A stretch of 64,000 nt of DNA from a virus (IMGVR_UViG_3300021090_000013:9295-73294); one strand, 5' to 3'; positions 1-10,885 are shown, counted from the stretch's first letter. Numbers and translations are program-made. The notes: generated by a model not told the origin, from the letters alone.

Positions 1-48
1 CGCGCTCTGGGCGCGCATCACCGCCGCCGCGCGAAGGCTGGCCAAGCG

Positions 49-444
49 ATGACGCCCGTCGAGACCGCGCTCCGCACGCGACTGCTGGCGGATCCGGTTG
101 TGGCCGGGCTCGTGCTCGACCGCATCGCCCCCTCGCCACTCGCCCAGGCGTCGGTGTTGCCGGCGATCACCTACCAGCGCGTCAGTGGTGCCCGTGGCGA
201 GACGTTCTCCGGCCCCTCGGGGTTGGCGTGGCCGCGCATCCAGTTCGACTGCTGGGCGGGCTCCCACGCCGCGGCGCGGGGCCTGTTCGACGCCCTCCGC
301 GTCTCGCTCAACGGGGCGGCGTTCATCGCATCCGGGGTAGTGGTCCAGAAAGCCCAGGTCATCAGCGAGACGGACTTCTATGAGTCGGACGTCAAGCTTC
401 ACCGCGTTTCCGCCGACCTCATGGTCTGGCACGAAGAGGAGTAG
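49..444 (+). CDS. tail completion/terminator protein (DUF3168-like)
   Basis: LPAITYQRVS...PRIQFDCWA pattern typical of siphovirus tail completion proteins; lies just upstream of the tail tube gene. Confidence 0.7.
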   Translation: MTPVETALRTRLLADPVVAGLVLDRIAPSPLAQASVLPAITYQRVSGARGETFSGPSGLAWPRIQFDCWAGSHAAARGLFDALRVSLNGAAFIASGVVVQKAQVISETDFYESDVKLHRVSADLMVWHEEE

Positions 445-447
445 CAC

Positions 448-948
448 ATGGCTTTGACCGCACGTCTCGTAATCGACCTCCAGAGCGACCAGACCAGCGC
501 GCTCGACCTGGAGACCGTGTCCAGCCCGCTCAGCTACCGCAAGGTCTACGACATCACGAACGGTACGGGCGCGCTCCAGGCTACCAAGCGCTTCACCGAC
601 ACACGCACCCTCGCAGCCTCCGGGACCGAGGACATCGACCTGTCCGGCGTGCTGGTCGACGGCTTCGGCACCACGCTGCTGTTCACCCGCATCGTGGCGA
701 TCATCATCGAGGCGGCGGCTGCGAACACCAACAACGTCCTTGTGATCTGCCCCGTTGCCAATGGGTTCATCACGCCCTTTGCCGCAGCGTCCGACACGCT
801 GACCGTGCGGCCTGGCGGCGTCGCCCTCCTGGTCGCGCCCAACGCGACAGCCTTCGCGGTCACGGCCGCCACCGGGGACTTGCTCACCATCACGAACAGC
901 GCGGGCACCACGGGCGTCACCTACAACATCATCATCCTCGGCTCGTGA
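448..948 (+). CDS. hypothetical virion structural protein
   Basis: 166 aa, Thr/Ala-rich beta-type sequence, GAGGAG RBS, within the tail operon. Confidence 0.5.
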   Translation: MALTARLVIDLQSDQTSALDLETVSSPLSYRKVYDITNGTGALQATKRFTDTRTLAASGTEDIDLSGVLVDGFGTTLLFTRIVAIIIEAAAANTNNVLVICPVANGFITPFAAASDTLTVRPGGVALLVAPNATAFAVTAATGDLLTITNSAGTTGVTYNIIILGS

Positions 949-977
949 TCTGGAACCGGAAAGAGAAGGAGTGATCC

Positions 978-1415
978 ATGGCTGAACACGCAACCATCGC
1001 CCGCATCGGGTATCTGAGCCAGTTCCAGCGGGGGAACGGAGACGGGCCGCCCGAGACGTTCACGAACGTGAACGAGGTCATCTCGTTCGAGCCGCCCGAT
1101 GCCCAGGCCGACGACATCGAGGTGACGCACTTCGAGAGCCCGGGAGGCTACAAGGAGTACGTCCGCGGCCTGCTCGACGGCGGAGAGGTGTCCTTCTCGG
1201 TCAACTGGGACCCGGCCAACCGCGCGAGCCATGCCCAGATCCGCACCGACAAGATCTCGGGGCTCACCCACAACTACCGCTTCGTCCTCCCGGGCTCCAT
1301 CGAGACCATCACCTTCCCCGGCTACGTCAAGGGGCTGAAGCGCAACGTCGAGCCCAACACCCAGATCACCGCCGACGTCACGCTCAAGGTCTGCGGCGCC
1401 CCGACCGAGGTCTAA
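978..1415 (+). CDS. major tail tube protein
   Basis: DDIEVTHFESPGGYKEYVRGLLDGGEVSFSVNWDP is a typical tail tube signature; AAGGAG RBS; followed by chaperone and tape measure genes. Confidence 0.85.
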   Translation: MAEHATIARIGYLSQFQRGNGDGPPETFTNVNEVISFEPPDAQADDIEVTHFESPGGYKEYVRGLLDGGEVSFSVNWDPANRASHAQIRTDKISGLTHNYRFVLPGSIETITFPGYVKGLKRNVEPNTQITADVTLKVCGAPTEV

Positions 1416-1418
1416 CGC

Positions 1419-1817
1419 ATGGCCAACAAGTTCAAGGGTGAGGTCGACTTCGAGGCGCAGGGCAAGAATTGGGTCTTGCGCCTCGGCATGAACGACCTGA
1501 TCGAGCTACAGGAGAAGCTGGGCATCGAGGAGGACGATCTGGCCAAGTTCTTCTTTCAGCTTGCCCGCTCCATGGGCCGGAGCATGAAGAAGACCAGAAC
1601 GGCTATCACCGTGGCCCTGAAGGGCAACCAGCCCGAGACCACCGAGGAAACAGCCGGCGAAATCATCACGGAGTTGGGCTTCAAGCGAACCGGCGACCTC
1701 CTGGCAGAAGCGATCAAGTGGGCGATGCCCGACCCTCCCGAGGGAGGAGAGAAGGACAAGGGAAAAGGACGCTCTCCTGGCGCGAGTACATCCACGACGC
1801 AGCCCGCGCTGGACTAA
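1419..1817 (+). CDS. tail assembly chaperone (gpG-like)
   Basis: Between tail tube and tape measure genes; slippery G GGA AAA at 1760-1766. Confidence 0.8.
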   Translation: MANKFKGEVDFEAQGKNWVLRLGMNDLIELQEKLGIEEDDLAKFFFQLARSMGRSMKKTRTAITVALKGNQPETTEETAGEIITELGFKRTGDLLAEAIKWAMPDPPEGGEKDKGKGRSPGASTSTTQPALD

Positions 1818-2092
1818 GCCCAGACGAGTTCTGGCGGTACACGCCGCGCGAAATATCGTACGTCCTCCAGGGGGCCCGATGGCGCCAGGAGCAGGCAACA
1901 CGGCTGGCGGTCACGGAGGCTTGGACAGTGGCGGCCCTGAGCAGGGCGAAGCGGCTACCGCGGCTCAAGAGCCTCCTGCGCACGACTGGCGAACGGGAGC
2001 GTCAGACACCCGAGCAGCAGGAGTCCATCCTCCGCGACTGGGCCGAATCGGCTGGCCTGAAGATCGAGCGTCATGAGCACCCGGTGATGTGA
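1760..2092 (+). CDS. tail assembly chaperone -1 frameshift extension (gpGT-like)
   Basis: The -1 frame after GGGAAAA reads [10 protein letters not shown]...[14 protein letters not shown], a typical gpT segment, and ends at the tape measure start. Confidence 0.75.
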   Translation, partial: GKRTLSWREYIHDAARAGLSPDEFWRYTPREISYVLQGARWRQEQATRLAVTEAWTVAALSRAKRLPRLKSLLRTTGERERQTPEQQESILRDWAESAGLKIERHEHPVM

Positions 2093-5000
2093 TGGCAGAG
2101 CCTATCGGAGCCCTCCGCGCGATCCTGAGCCTCGACTGGGCATCGTTCGAGGACGCGTGCGGGCGCGCGGCCAAGGCGACTAACAACTTCGGGAAGACCT
2201 TCAAGTCCCTCGACAAGGACATGAAGGCGAGCGCCCGGGCGATCACCGAGATCGCTACGCCCATCGCTGCCGCCATGGCCGCAGTAGGCGGCGCAATCCT
2301 GCTCGCCACGACCAAGTGGGTGCAGTACGCGGATGGGCTCGACACCATGGCCGCGAAGAGCGGCCACACCATCGACTGGCTGCAAGCGACGGCGTTCGCC
2401 GCCTCGCAGTCAGGGACCGATATCGAGGCCGTCGTAGCCGGGACGGGAAGGCTTCAGCGTGCGCTGGTCGAGGGGTCCGCCGAGACTGTCGCGTCTGTTC
2501 GTGCGCTCGGGCTGTCCTTCGGCGAGCTGCGCCGGTCCTCGCCAGACGAGCAGATGCAAAAGGTGCTCGTCGCCCTCGGAAAGGTCAAGAACGAGAGCGA
2601 AAGGACCGCGCTGGCGACCCGCTTGCTTGGCAAGTCTGGGGCCGACCTGATTCCGCTCGCCGGCAACATGGAGGCGCTGCAACGGCGAGCCCGCGAGCTG
2701 GGCCTGATCATGTCCACCGAGGACGTGCGGGCGGCCGCTCAGCTCGGGAACGAAGTCAAGGCCCTGGGCTCCAGCTTCACCGGGCTGACGCAGACTCTCG
2801 TCGCAGCGATCACGAGCAACCAGAGCCTCCACACGATGGTCACGGGGCTGACCGACATCTTCGGCAAGCTGTCCACGGCTGTCAGTGGCAACCGCTCGGA
2901 GATGACGAACCTCGTCTCCCAGGGTGTGGTCAAGCTCGCGGAAGGTATGGTGCTTGTCGCCCGCGCCGGCGGCGTCGCGAACACTGTCTATTCTGCGCTG
3001 GCGCTGACGTGGGCATCAGCAAGGAACATCGCCCTACAACTCGCGCTAGCCGCCCAACGAATGAACATGCCTTCCGCCGGCAACGCCGCGCGGGACGCCG
3101 CCTCCGCAGCGAAGCGCGCAGAGCGGCTTGAGAATATCAGGCTCATCGAGGCCGAGATCACGGCTAATGCGCGAGCGGCCGGAGAGACCGAGGAGGCTTA
3201 CACAAAGCGGGCCAACGCCATCGATGGCGTGGTCAAGGAACTGGAGGGGCTCAAGAAGAGCATCGAGTCCGTAGCCGGGCAGGAAGTCAAGGGCGGCAAG
3301 GACATCAAGAAGACCACGGGGGAGATCAACCTCCAGACCGCGGCGGCAAAGAAGGCGCAGGAGGAGCTCGAGAAGTGGCAGAAGAAGCTCGATCAGTTGA
3401 GCTTCGAGCGCTGGCTGTCCGCGACCGAGGCCAGGATGGACGCGCAGGAGGAAGCCGAGCAAGACGCCTTCGATCTCTGGCTCGCTCGGACCCAGGACCA
3501 GATGCGGCTGGAGGATGAACTCGACCAAATAGGATTCGAGCGCTGGCTGGGCATCCAGGAGCAACGGGAAGAAGTCGCCGAACGGGCGCACAGGGCCGAA
3601 CAGGAACGCTTGCAGGACTTGGAATCCGGGATGCAAGGGCTCTCCGACCTGTTCGCCCACTTCAGCGCACCAGACTCGTTTGGTGCTTCGCTAGCCGGCA
3701 CGCTCGAACGGGCGGGCTCCCTGATGCAGGAGTTCAATCGCTACACCCAGGACGGGATCATTTCCTGGGGCGAGCTGGCGGGCATGATCGCTTCCGGTGC
3801 GTCTGCCATGGAGCAGGCGACCGACAGCGCCAGCCAGTGGGAAAACACCCTCGGGGGTGCCTCCACAGGCGCTGCGATGGGATCGGCATTCGGTCCCTAT
3901 GGGATGGCCTTCGGCGCCATCATCGGTGGCCTCGCCGGAGCGACAAGCAACCCCGACTGGGTGCGGATCATGGAACACGTGGGCGAGACCTGGGGAATCG
4001 CGATCAGTGAGGGTCTCGCCCGGAAGATCGCCCTCGATCAGGATCGGATCGGTAGCGCCACCGGGGCCATCGCCCTGCACCTCGCGGAGATTTGGGCCGA
4101 GGCGGGCGGCGTCATGGCCGTGGGGCTTGACCAAGCCTACATCGGCATGAACAACCTGCTCACCCTGATGGACGAGGGCGTGATATCTGCCGTTGACGGA
4201 GCGGAAGCATTCAACACGGCATTCGGAGTCCTGCTCCCTGCATCCATCGACAGAACGACTGGCCTGATCTCCCTACAGACCGCGCAATTCATCCGCCACG
4301 CGCAGGCCCTCGGGATCGACTCGCAGGCCCTGACCGACTTCATGGCGCAGCAGTCATCCGCTGCTACGGCTGGGCTCAACGCGATGGCCGCAGGCTTGGT
4401 TGTCACCGAGTACACAGCGGAGGGTGTGGGCGCCGCGATCGCTGCACAGTTCCAGTCCCTCCGCGACTCGGGCATGACGATTGGCCAGGCGCTCCAAGAG
4501 CTACAGCCTGCGATAGACGCATTCGCGGCCAAGTTCGCGGAGCTTGGGGTGTCCGGCGGTGCCGCCTTCGCCCAAGTCGGAGCCATGGCCGCCTTGGCTG
4601 GCGACGAGGTGGCCGGCCCCATGATCGAGGCGATCAACGGGGCTGGGGACACGCTGGCTGCGCTCTCGAATCAGGGCATCCTCACGCAGGAGATGTTCAC
4701 CGGGCTGAGCACCAGCATGGCCGACACCTACGCGGCTCTGGTGGAGCAAGGCTACGGCGGAGCCACAGCGATGGCCATGATCGCCCCCGACCTACAAACG
4801 GTGTGGGAGCTACAGCAACGGTACGGCTACGAGGTCGACGCCACCACTCAGGCCCTACTCGACGAGGCTCTCGCCTCCGGCGCGGTGGGTGAGGCGCACA
4901 TGTCCGCGCAGGAGCGCATCGCGACCGCCACGGAGCACTTGGCGAGCACGGTAGACCTGCTCGCCGAAGCCTTCGGTGTGAAACTGCCACGCGAGGCAGA

Positions 5001-5328
5001 ACGGGGCGCTCGCGGCATCGAGGACGCGCTTAACGGGATCAGTGTCAAGCCGGTAAAGGTCCCGGTCGAGGTCGAGTGGCCAGACGGAAAAAACCCCAAC
5101 GCTCCGGCAGTCCCCAGCTTCGCGTCAGGCGGGATCGGCGACTTCGGCTCGGGCACGCTGGCGATGCTGCACGACTACGAGGCGATCGTGCCCCTCGACA
5201 AGGGCGGGCCCGGGCTCGCGGACCCGGCGATGCTGTCGGAGCTGCGCGGCATGAACGGCATGCTGCGCCGGTACATCCAGGCCCAGCCGACAGCGCTTCG
5301 AGACGCGGTGCTGATGGGGCGGGCGTAA
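2092..5328 (+). CDS. tape measure protein (unit 1)
   Basis: ~1078 aa Ala/Gly-rich helical protein after the chaperones; C-terminal FASGG...[10 protein letters not shown] motif. Confidence 0.9.
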   Translation: MAEPIGALRAILSLDWASFEDACGRAAKATNNFGKTFKSLDKDMKASARAITEIATPIAAAMAAVGGAILLATTKWVQYADGLDTMAAKSGHTIDWLQATAFAASQSGTDIEAVVAGTGRLQRALVEGSAETVASVRALGLSFGELRRSSPDEQMQKVLVALGKVKNESERTALATRLLGKSGADLIPLAGNMEALQRRARELGLIMSTEDVRAAAQLGNEVKALGSSFTGLTQTLVAAITSNQSLHTMVTGLTDIFGKLSTAVSGNRSEMTNLVSQGVVKLAEGMVLVARAGGVANTVYSALALTWASARNIALQLALAAQRMNMPSAGNAARDAASAAKRAERLENIRLIEAEITANARAAGETEEAYTKRANAIDGVVKELEGLKKSIESVAGQEVKGGKDIKKTTGEINLQTAAAKKAQEELEKWQKKLDQLSFERWLSATEARMDAQEEAEQDAFDLWLARTQDQMRLEDELDQIGFERWLGIQEQREEVAERAHRAEQERLQDLESGMQGLSDLFAHFSAPDSFGASLAGTLERAGSLMQEFNRYTQDGIISWGELAGMIASGASAMEQATDSASQWENTLGGASTGAAMGSAFGPYGMAFGAIIGGLAGATSNPDWVRIMEHVGETWGIAISEGLARKIALDQDRIGSATGAIALHLAEIWAEAGGVMAVGLDQAYIGMNNLLTLMDEGVISAVDGAEAFNTAFGVLLPASIDRTTGLISLQTAQFIRHAQALGIDSQALTDFMAQQSSAATAGLNAMAAGLVVTEYTAEGVGAAIAAQFQSLRDSGMTIGQALQELQPAIDAFAAKFAELGVSGGAAFAQVGAMAALAGDEVAGPMIEAINGAGDTLAALSNQGILTQEMFTGLSTSMADTYAALVEQGYGGATAMAMIAPDLQTVWELQQRYGYEVDATTQALLDEALASGAVGEAHMSAQERIATATEHLASTVDLLAEAFGVKLPREAERGARGIEDALNGISVKPVKVPVEVEWPDGKNPNAPAVPSFASGGIGDFGSGTLAMLHDYEAIVPLDKGGPGLADPAMLSELRGMNGMLRRYIQAQPTALRDAVLMGRA

Positions 5329-5339
5329 AGGAGAGAGAA

Positions 5340-5903
5340 ATGGCGATCCAGACCTTCCAAGAAGTCCTCGTAAACAGCGTCACCGATGGCCCGACGCTGA
5401 CCGCTGCGGCGCGGGCCTCGTGCATCCCGACCGCAGACCGGATCGTCCTGCCGAGTCACTACTTCAACCCGGGCAAGGCGCTGGAGTTCACGCTCGGCGG
5501 CCGGATCTCGAACGCGGTCACTACTCCCGGGACGGTGCGCTTCGACATCTGCATGGGCGCCGCAGGCACCACCATCGTGTTCGACACGGGCGCGCTGAAT
5601 CTCAACATCGTGGCCAAGACTACGGTTCCTTGGTGGCTCAGGGTGGTGCTCAACTGCCGTGCGGTAGGCGCCAGCACGCTGACCACGTTCTTTCCCGAGG
5701 GCATCTTTCAGAGCGAGGCGGTCGTGGGCTCGCCGTTGCCCACCGTGGGCGGGAACGGATCGCTGCTGGTCCCTGTCGGAACGCCTGGAGTAGGCGCAGG
5801 GATGGACAACACGGCCGCGTCGATCTTGGACGTTTTCCACACGCAAACCGTAGCCACCGGCCAGCTGATCGTCTCGCAATTCCGCGTGGTTGCCCTCAAC
5901 TGA
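5340..5903 (+). CDS. hypothetical virion protein
   Basis: ATG 5340 with AAGGAG RBS; directly after the tape measure gene. Confidence 0.55.
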   Translation: MAIQTFQEVLVNSVTDGPTLTAAARASCIPTADRIVLPSHYFNPGKALEFTLGGRISNAVTTPGTVRFDICMGAAGTTIVFDTGALNLNIVAKTTVPWWLRVVLNCRAVGASTLTTFFPEGIFQSEAVVGSPLPTVGGNGSLLVPVGTPGVGAGMDNTAASILDVFHTQTVATGQLIVSQFRVVALN

Positions 5904-5937
5904 GCCGGAACTGGACCCGGGGTGTAGACTCGGTGGC

Positions 5938-8556
5938 ATGGAACACACACGCAGGACGATAGGTATTCTGGCCATGGCTTTAGGGATCGCGGCGGGCGCT
6001 TCGGGGCCACTCGGTGGGCCTCGTGCGCTGCGCCCTACCGTCCTGGCCGCGCCGACCACAACCGCGGCCTTGAACGTGTCCGACCGGACGTCAGGGACGC
6101 CCGTGCGGTGGCAGAACGCGGTAGGCGTCTCCGTCGCGCAGAACAGCTTGACGAAGACGGCGGCGGGTGGGGCCTTCGATGCGGGCGCGTCATCGGTGCA
6201 GACGCTCTGGTCTGGTGATGGCTACGTCGAATTCACCACGCTGGAGAACGACAAGCGCAAGGTGGCCGGGCTCAGCAATGGGGACCCGGGCCAGACCGAT
6301 ACTGAGATCGACTTCGGGATGAGGCTCGGAAACAACGGCACCGTCCAAGTTGAGGAGAGCGGCGTAATCGTCGCTCAGGGCCTCGGCGCCTACGTCGCCG
6401 GTGACGTGTTCCGCGTGGCCATCGAAAGCGGCGTCCTCGTCTACCGCCAGAATGGGACGCTGCTCTGGGTGAGCTCCGCGACGCCCACGTACCCGCTGCT
6501 GGCGGATACCAGCTTCTTCCATCTCGGCGGCACCATCACCAATGCGCGCATCTCCGCGCCCCCGCTGTACCCGGTGCGGTGGACCGAGGCGTCAGGCGTC
6601 GAGGTGCGCGGGAACCGGATTAGGCAGACGATAATCCAGGCCGGTGGCAGTGCTGGCGCTCTTTCGGCACAGCGCTTAACCTCTGGCGACGGCTACGTCG
6701 AAGTGCTAGCTCCAGCGTTCGGTAATGCTTTCATGTTCGCATTGACCACGGTCGGTGAAGCGCACACGTTTAACCGCTATGAAATTCTCGACTTCGCGCT
6801 TTACCATCCACCAACCGTGAACGCCACACTACGGGTGTATGAAAACGGACTCGACTATGCAATCGGTGCGACGATTCAGCCCGGCGACATTCTCCGTATT
6901 GGAGTAGAAGCCGGACAAGTCGTCTACAGGCAGAATGGAGTTCTCGTCTACCGAAGCCTCACGCTGCCGATGTACCCGCTACAGGTAGATTGCGCTCTCT
7001 TTCTGCAGGACACTACCTTTCGCGCCCGCGTCTCCGGCATGCGCGTCCACACCATGCACGAGTGGGACGCCGACCTGGGCGAGTGGGGATGGAGCCCGCT
7101 AACGCCAGACGTGCGGACCGACCCACCCGCGACCTTCGATCTAGGCATCCCCGGAACCGGCCCGCTCGACTTCGCGGCCGGCACTGGTCGGGCATCGTGG
7201 ACGATGGACAACAGCACGTCCAACAGCGAGGGCACGCTTGGGCTCTACTCCCCGCAGCACGCCGACCACCGGGACGCCTGGGCGCTCGGCATCGGTATTC
7301 GCTACAGCTACCGTGACGACGCTGACGCCGAGCCCATCGAGAAGTTCCACGGGCGGCTGAAGTACGCCAGCGCCGAGCCGGGGCGCTACGGCAAGCGGCA
7401 CGTCCTGTGCTCGGCCGTCGACTGGATGGACGAGGCGGCGTCGACAAAGGTCAACATCCCCATCCAGGTCGGAAAGCGCACCGACGAAGTGCTGACCACC
7501 GTGAAGGATGCCGTTCGTAGGCAGCCCCTAGGCGTGGCCTTCGACGTCGCGGACAGCACCTTCCCCTACGTGATCGGCGACGGCGACAGCACGGCGATGA
7601 CGTTCATTCAACGCCTGTGCCAGAGCGAGCTAGGCTACTGCGTGATGCGCCGGGGCGTCCTGACGTTCTACAAGAGGACTTCTCGCCTTGCCCCGCTGCC
7701 GGTCGCCACGTTCGCCGGCACGATGCGCTGGCTTGACGCCCCGGTAGACGCGGCGAAGGTCAAGAACCGGGCGCGGGTGACCGTGCATCCAAAGCGTGTC
7801 GACGCTGCGGCCACTACGGTCCTCTTCGCGAAGCCAGACGAGAGCAATCCCGCGATAGACGTTGCTCAGACCATCACCATCACCGGGCGCTACACCGACC
7901 CCGCCCAGCTTGCGGCCCGCGTCGGCGGGATGGACATGGTCACGCCAGCCGCAACCACCGACTACCTGATGAACGCGCAGGAAGACGGGCTCGGCGCCGA
8001 CCTAACGGCAAACTGCGCAGTGGTGGCCGTCTATGGCGCCAACCAGGTCGAGTACAGCATCACCAACAATGACGCGGTGGTGGGCTATCTGATCAAGCTC
8101 CAGGCCCGCGGGAGAGGCGTCTACGACTACGACCCCATCGACGCCATCGCGCTCGACCAGGCGAGCATCGACGCCGTGGGCGAGGGCATTATCGCGCTGG
8201 ACATGGTCTACCAGAGCGACCTCAGCATCGCCGGCCCGGTCGCTGACTACCTGGTGGCGACGTGGGTAGCCGAAGGCGCGAGCGAGGCCAACGTCGAGTA
8301 CATCCCCAAGACCGCCGCGGCTCTGTCGGAAGCGATGGGCATCGAGCCCGGGGACGCGATTGTGGCGAGCGAATCCGTCACCGGCGTGAATAACGCCTTC
8401 TGGGTGCAGCACGTCTCGGCTGAAATCTCCGGCAACGGTCCGGGGTTCACGTCGTTCCAGTGGGCGCTACAGAGGACGCTGGTGGCGGCATACTGGCAAG
8501 TCGGGATCGCCGGCTACTCTGAAGTCGGGATCACCACGGTGGTTGGACCGCTCTGA
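5938..8556 (+). CDS. minor tail/tail-tip protein with two tandem N-terminal beta-rich domains
   Basis: Two copies of PVRW...GDGYVE...GD(V/I)(F/L)R...VYRQNG...YPL; C-terminal ~500 aa homologous to 49487-51079; start codon uncertain. Confidence 0.7.
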   Translation: MEHTRRTIGILAMALGIAAGASGPLGGPRALRPTVLAAPTTTAALNVSDRTSGTPVRWQNAVGVSVAQNSLTKTAAGGAFDAGASSVQTLWSGDGYVEFTTLENDKRKVAGLSNGDPGQTDTEIDFGMRLGNNGTVQVEESGVIVAQGLGAYVAGDVFRVAIESGVLVYRQNGTLLWVSSATPTYPLLADTSFFHLGGTITNARISAPPLYPVRWTEASGVEVRGNRIRQTIIQAGGSAGALSAQRLTSGDGYVEVLAPAFGNAFMFALTTVGEAHTFNRYEILDFALYHPPTVNATLRVYENGLDYAIGATIQPGDILRIGVEAGQVVYRQNGVLVYRSLTLPMYPLQVDCALFLQDTTFRARVSGMRVHTMHEWDADLGEWGWSPLTPDVRTDPPATFDLGIPGTGPLDFAAGTGRASWTMDNSTSNSEGTLGLYSPQHADHRDAWALGIGIRYSYRDDADAEPIEKFHGRLKYASAEPGRYGKRHVLCSAVDWMDEAASTKVNIPIQVGKRTDEVLTTVKDAVRRQPLGVAFDVADSTFPYVIGDGDSTAMTFIQRLCQSELGYCVMRRGVLTFYKRTSRLAPLPVATFAGTMRWLDAPVDAAKVKNRARVTVHPKRVDAAATTVLFAKPDESNPAIDVAQTITITGRYTDPAQLAARVGGMDMVTPAATTDYLMNAQEDGLGADLTANCAVVAVYGANQVEYSITNNDAVVGYLIKLQARGRGVYDYDPIDAIALDQASIDAVGEGIIALDMVYQSDLSIAGPVADYLVATWVAEGASEANVEYIPKTAAALSEAMGIEPGDAIVASESVTGVNNAFWVQHVSAEISGNGPGFTSFQWALQRTLVAAYWQVGIAGYSEVGITTVVGPL

Positions 8557-8565
8557 GGTGATTGG

Positions 8566-8937
8566 ATGGCGATGCTGACGGCGGGCAGCAAGAGTGCGGC
8601 GAGACGGCTCCTACACTGGGACGTAGCCCGGGTGGTCGCTCTCGCCGCGGCGGGGCACGATGTCTCGCTGTACCAGGCCCGCCAGCGCGCTGCGGAGACG
8701 GCGATCGATGCCGACGTAGCGTCTTGGTCGGAAGAGGTGCGCAGCCTCTTCCTGGCCGTGCTGGAGGTGACCAGGACGCCCACTCCGGTCGTACAGCTAG
8801 GTATCGGCAGACTCCAGCATCCAATCCAGCGAATGACCAGGGATGAGCAGATCGCCAGCCGTGAACTGGCCCGCGAGATCGGCGTCCTCGGCAAGCTCCA
8901 AGAAGTCGCGCCCGTGCACTGGGCCGAGGGGGACTGA
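8566..8937 (+). CDS. hypothetical protein
   Basis: GAGGTG RBS, coupled to neighbouring genes. Confidence 0.5.
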   Translation: MAMLTAGSKSAARRLLHWDVARVVALAAAGHDVSLYQARQRAAETAIDADVASWSEEVRSLFLAVLEVTRTPTPVVQLGIGRLQHPIQRMTRDEQIASRELAREIGVLGKLQEVAPVHWAEGD

Positions 8938-9392
8938 TGGCTGTACCTCACACCTGGGTGACCGGGGAACTGGCCACGGCCTCGCTGCTCAACGGCTTGC
9001 GCGATGGCCTGATCGCGCTGGCTGCTGCGAAGCCGCTGGTCATGTCGTTTGGTGATCCTGGCGGGGCCGTACTCACTGCCGGGGTCAAGCGCTGCATCTA
9101 CGTCAAGAACGGCATTCGCGCCGGCGGCTGGACGTTGGCGGCTGACGCGGTAGGCTCGGTGGTGCTCGACCTGTGGGTCGCTGCCTACCCCACGATTCCC
9201 ACGGTGGCCAACACGATCACCGGGAGCGAGAAGCCAACGCTCGCAGGCGTGAGGGTCAACCAGGACTCGGCGCTCAGCACATGGATCCCGGACATTCCGA
9301 GCGGGAGTTTCCTGGTCGCCAATATCGATAGCGCGGCGACCATTAAGCAGCTCACCGTCAGCCTGGACGGTACGCTGCTAGAGCTGCTCTGA
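8937..9392 (+). CDS. minor tail/fibre-type protein
   Basis: N-terminus MAVPHTWVTGELATASLLNGLRD; homologous to 56025-56480 (GWT..D..GSVV.D.W...GSEKPTL). Confidence 0.6.
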   Translation: MAVPHTWVTGELATASLLNGLRDGLIALAAAKPLVMSFGDPGGAVLTAGVKRCIYVKNGIRAGGWTLAADAVGSVVLDLWVAAYPTIPTVANTITGSEKPTLAGVRVNQDSALSTWIPDIPSGSFLVANIDSAATIKQLTVSLDGTLLELL

Positions 9393-9396
9393 GCCC

Positions 9397-10062
9397 ATGG
9401 CCTTCGCTCCGGTAACTAACGCAGCCACGGGAGTAGCCGAAAGCTCGGCTACGCTCAACGGGAGCTGGACCGGAGCCACAGCCGACGAGTCAGGCTTCAG
9501 CGTCGACGCCAAATTCCTGTGGGGCTTCAGCGCCTTTGATCATGAGACCAGCGAAATCCCCTATGCCACCGAGAACGGCTCGCACTCGCACAACCTGACG
9601 GCCGGCGATGGGCTGGGCCCGGACCGCATGATCTTCTTCGAGTTCAAGGCCAGGGACCAGGACGGGCCATTCGAGGGCGGGGGACCGCTCAGCTTCAAGA
9701 CGCTGGCGGATCTCATGGCGTTCGGGACGCCGCACGTCTCGGCCACGCGCGACACGCAGGCCGACGTGGACATCGACTTCAACCCGAACTGCATCTTCAG
9801 TACGGCGAGCCTGACGGTGGCCTACAAGCTACTGGGTGATGCCTGGCCCGGGACAGACGGCACCACGATCAGCGCGCTCAACGGGACAGAGCTAACGAAC
9901 CGATCGTTTACCATCACGGGGCTGCTGGCCAACACCGCCTATTCCTACCGCTTCAGGGGGAATCGCGACACGGTCAACGACACGACCGCCTTCTCTGGAG
10001 AGGGAAGCTTCACGACGTCTGCGGACCCTAGCGCGGTCGGCGACGTGATGATGTTGGGCTAG
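9397..10062 (+). CDS. virion-associated protein with fibronectin type III-like domains
   Basis: ITGLLANTAYSYRFRG and SATLNGSW motifs; last gene of the tail operon. Confidence 0.5.
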   Translation: MAFAPVTNAATGVAESSATLNGSWTGATADESGFSVDAKFLWGFSAFDHETSEIPYATENGSHSHNLTAGDGLGPDRMIFFEFKARDQDGPFEGGGPLSFKTLADLMAFGTPHVSATRDTQADVDIDFNPNCIFSTASLTVAYKLLGDAWPGTDGTTISALNGTELTNRSFTITGLLANTAYSYRFRGNRDTVNDTTAFSGEGSFTTSADPSAVGDVMMLG

Positions 10063-10661
10063 GCTTCTCCGACCACTGGAGAAGCGTGATCGCGAGCCCA
10101 TCAGCCTTGATTTCCCACCGTGCGCCACAGTGTCGGACGCTCCGAGCTAGTTGCATGCCTTCCCTGAGCACGACACGGCTCTCCTCGCGGCACACGGGAC
10201 AGCCCAGCCAGACCGTCGCGATGTCCTCGACCGTGAGCTTGAGGTGCGGGCGCCTCATGGAGTCCCCTTGCAAACGGTGCCGCGGCAATCGCGATCCCGA
10301 CACAACCTCCACGGCAGGAAGAACTGCCGCCCGCAGCGCTCGCAGAACCAGCGGCGCACCCGAAAGTGATACCGGAAGGCGAGGAGTATCCGTGACATCA
10401 GGGCCACCCGGGAATGAAACGCTGACAGGGGCTCGGCTGCGTCATGGGAGACACCACGTCTCCGCAGAGCGTGCAGGCGTAGTGCCCGAGCCGCGGGTAG
10501 TCGGACTCGGGATTCTCCGGCTCGTCCCACACCCAGACGCACGTAGGCAGCTCGGAATGCTGCCAGGAGCCGACCCACCGATGCTCGTGGCCGGCGGGGT
10601 CCGCGTAGCTCCAGCCCATAGCTGGCTCGTTCATGCTCGTGACTTCGACCATCTCGGCCAT
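10028..10661 (-). CDS. three small coupled Cys-rich (Zn-finger-like) hypothetical genes: 10398-10661, 10255-10398, 10028-10258
   Basis: Overlapping start/stop codons; CPVC, CERC/CRDRDC and CTLC motifs; downstream of the leftward promoter. Confidence 0.45.
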
Positions 10662-10823
10662 CAGCTCATCCTCCTGGCCGGAGTTTGGCACCGCCGGCTC
10701 TCCGTGCCTTCGTCGTGCCTATCGCACCCCACAAGGCATAGCGGTGAGCGGTCGAGGCGGCTCGTAAGTCACTTAGCAGCATCATTCGGCGCGGCTCGCG
10801 GACCGATGTTTCTTTCACAACCC

Positions 10824-10865
10824 CAATATAGGCTCTTGACATCGTGAATGCAAGCGCCTATATTG
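10824..10865. promoter_or_regulatory. palindromic bidirectional sigma70-type promoter/operator
   Basis: + strand TTGACA(10836)-17 bp-TATATT(10859); - strand TTGCAT-17 bp-TATATT; 15-bp inverted arms CAATATAGGCTCTTG/CAAGCGCCTATATTG with 1 mismatch. Confidence 0.8.
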
Positions 10866-10885
10866 ACCTCGTGAAGAGGACAGAG

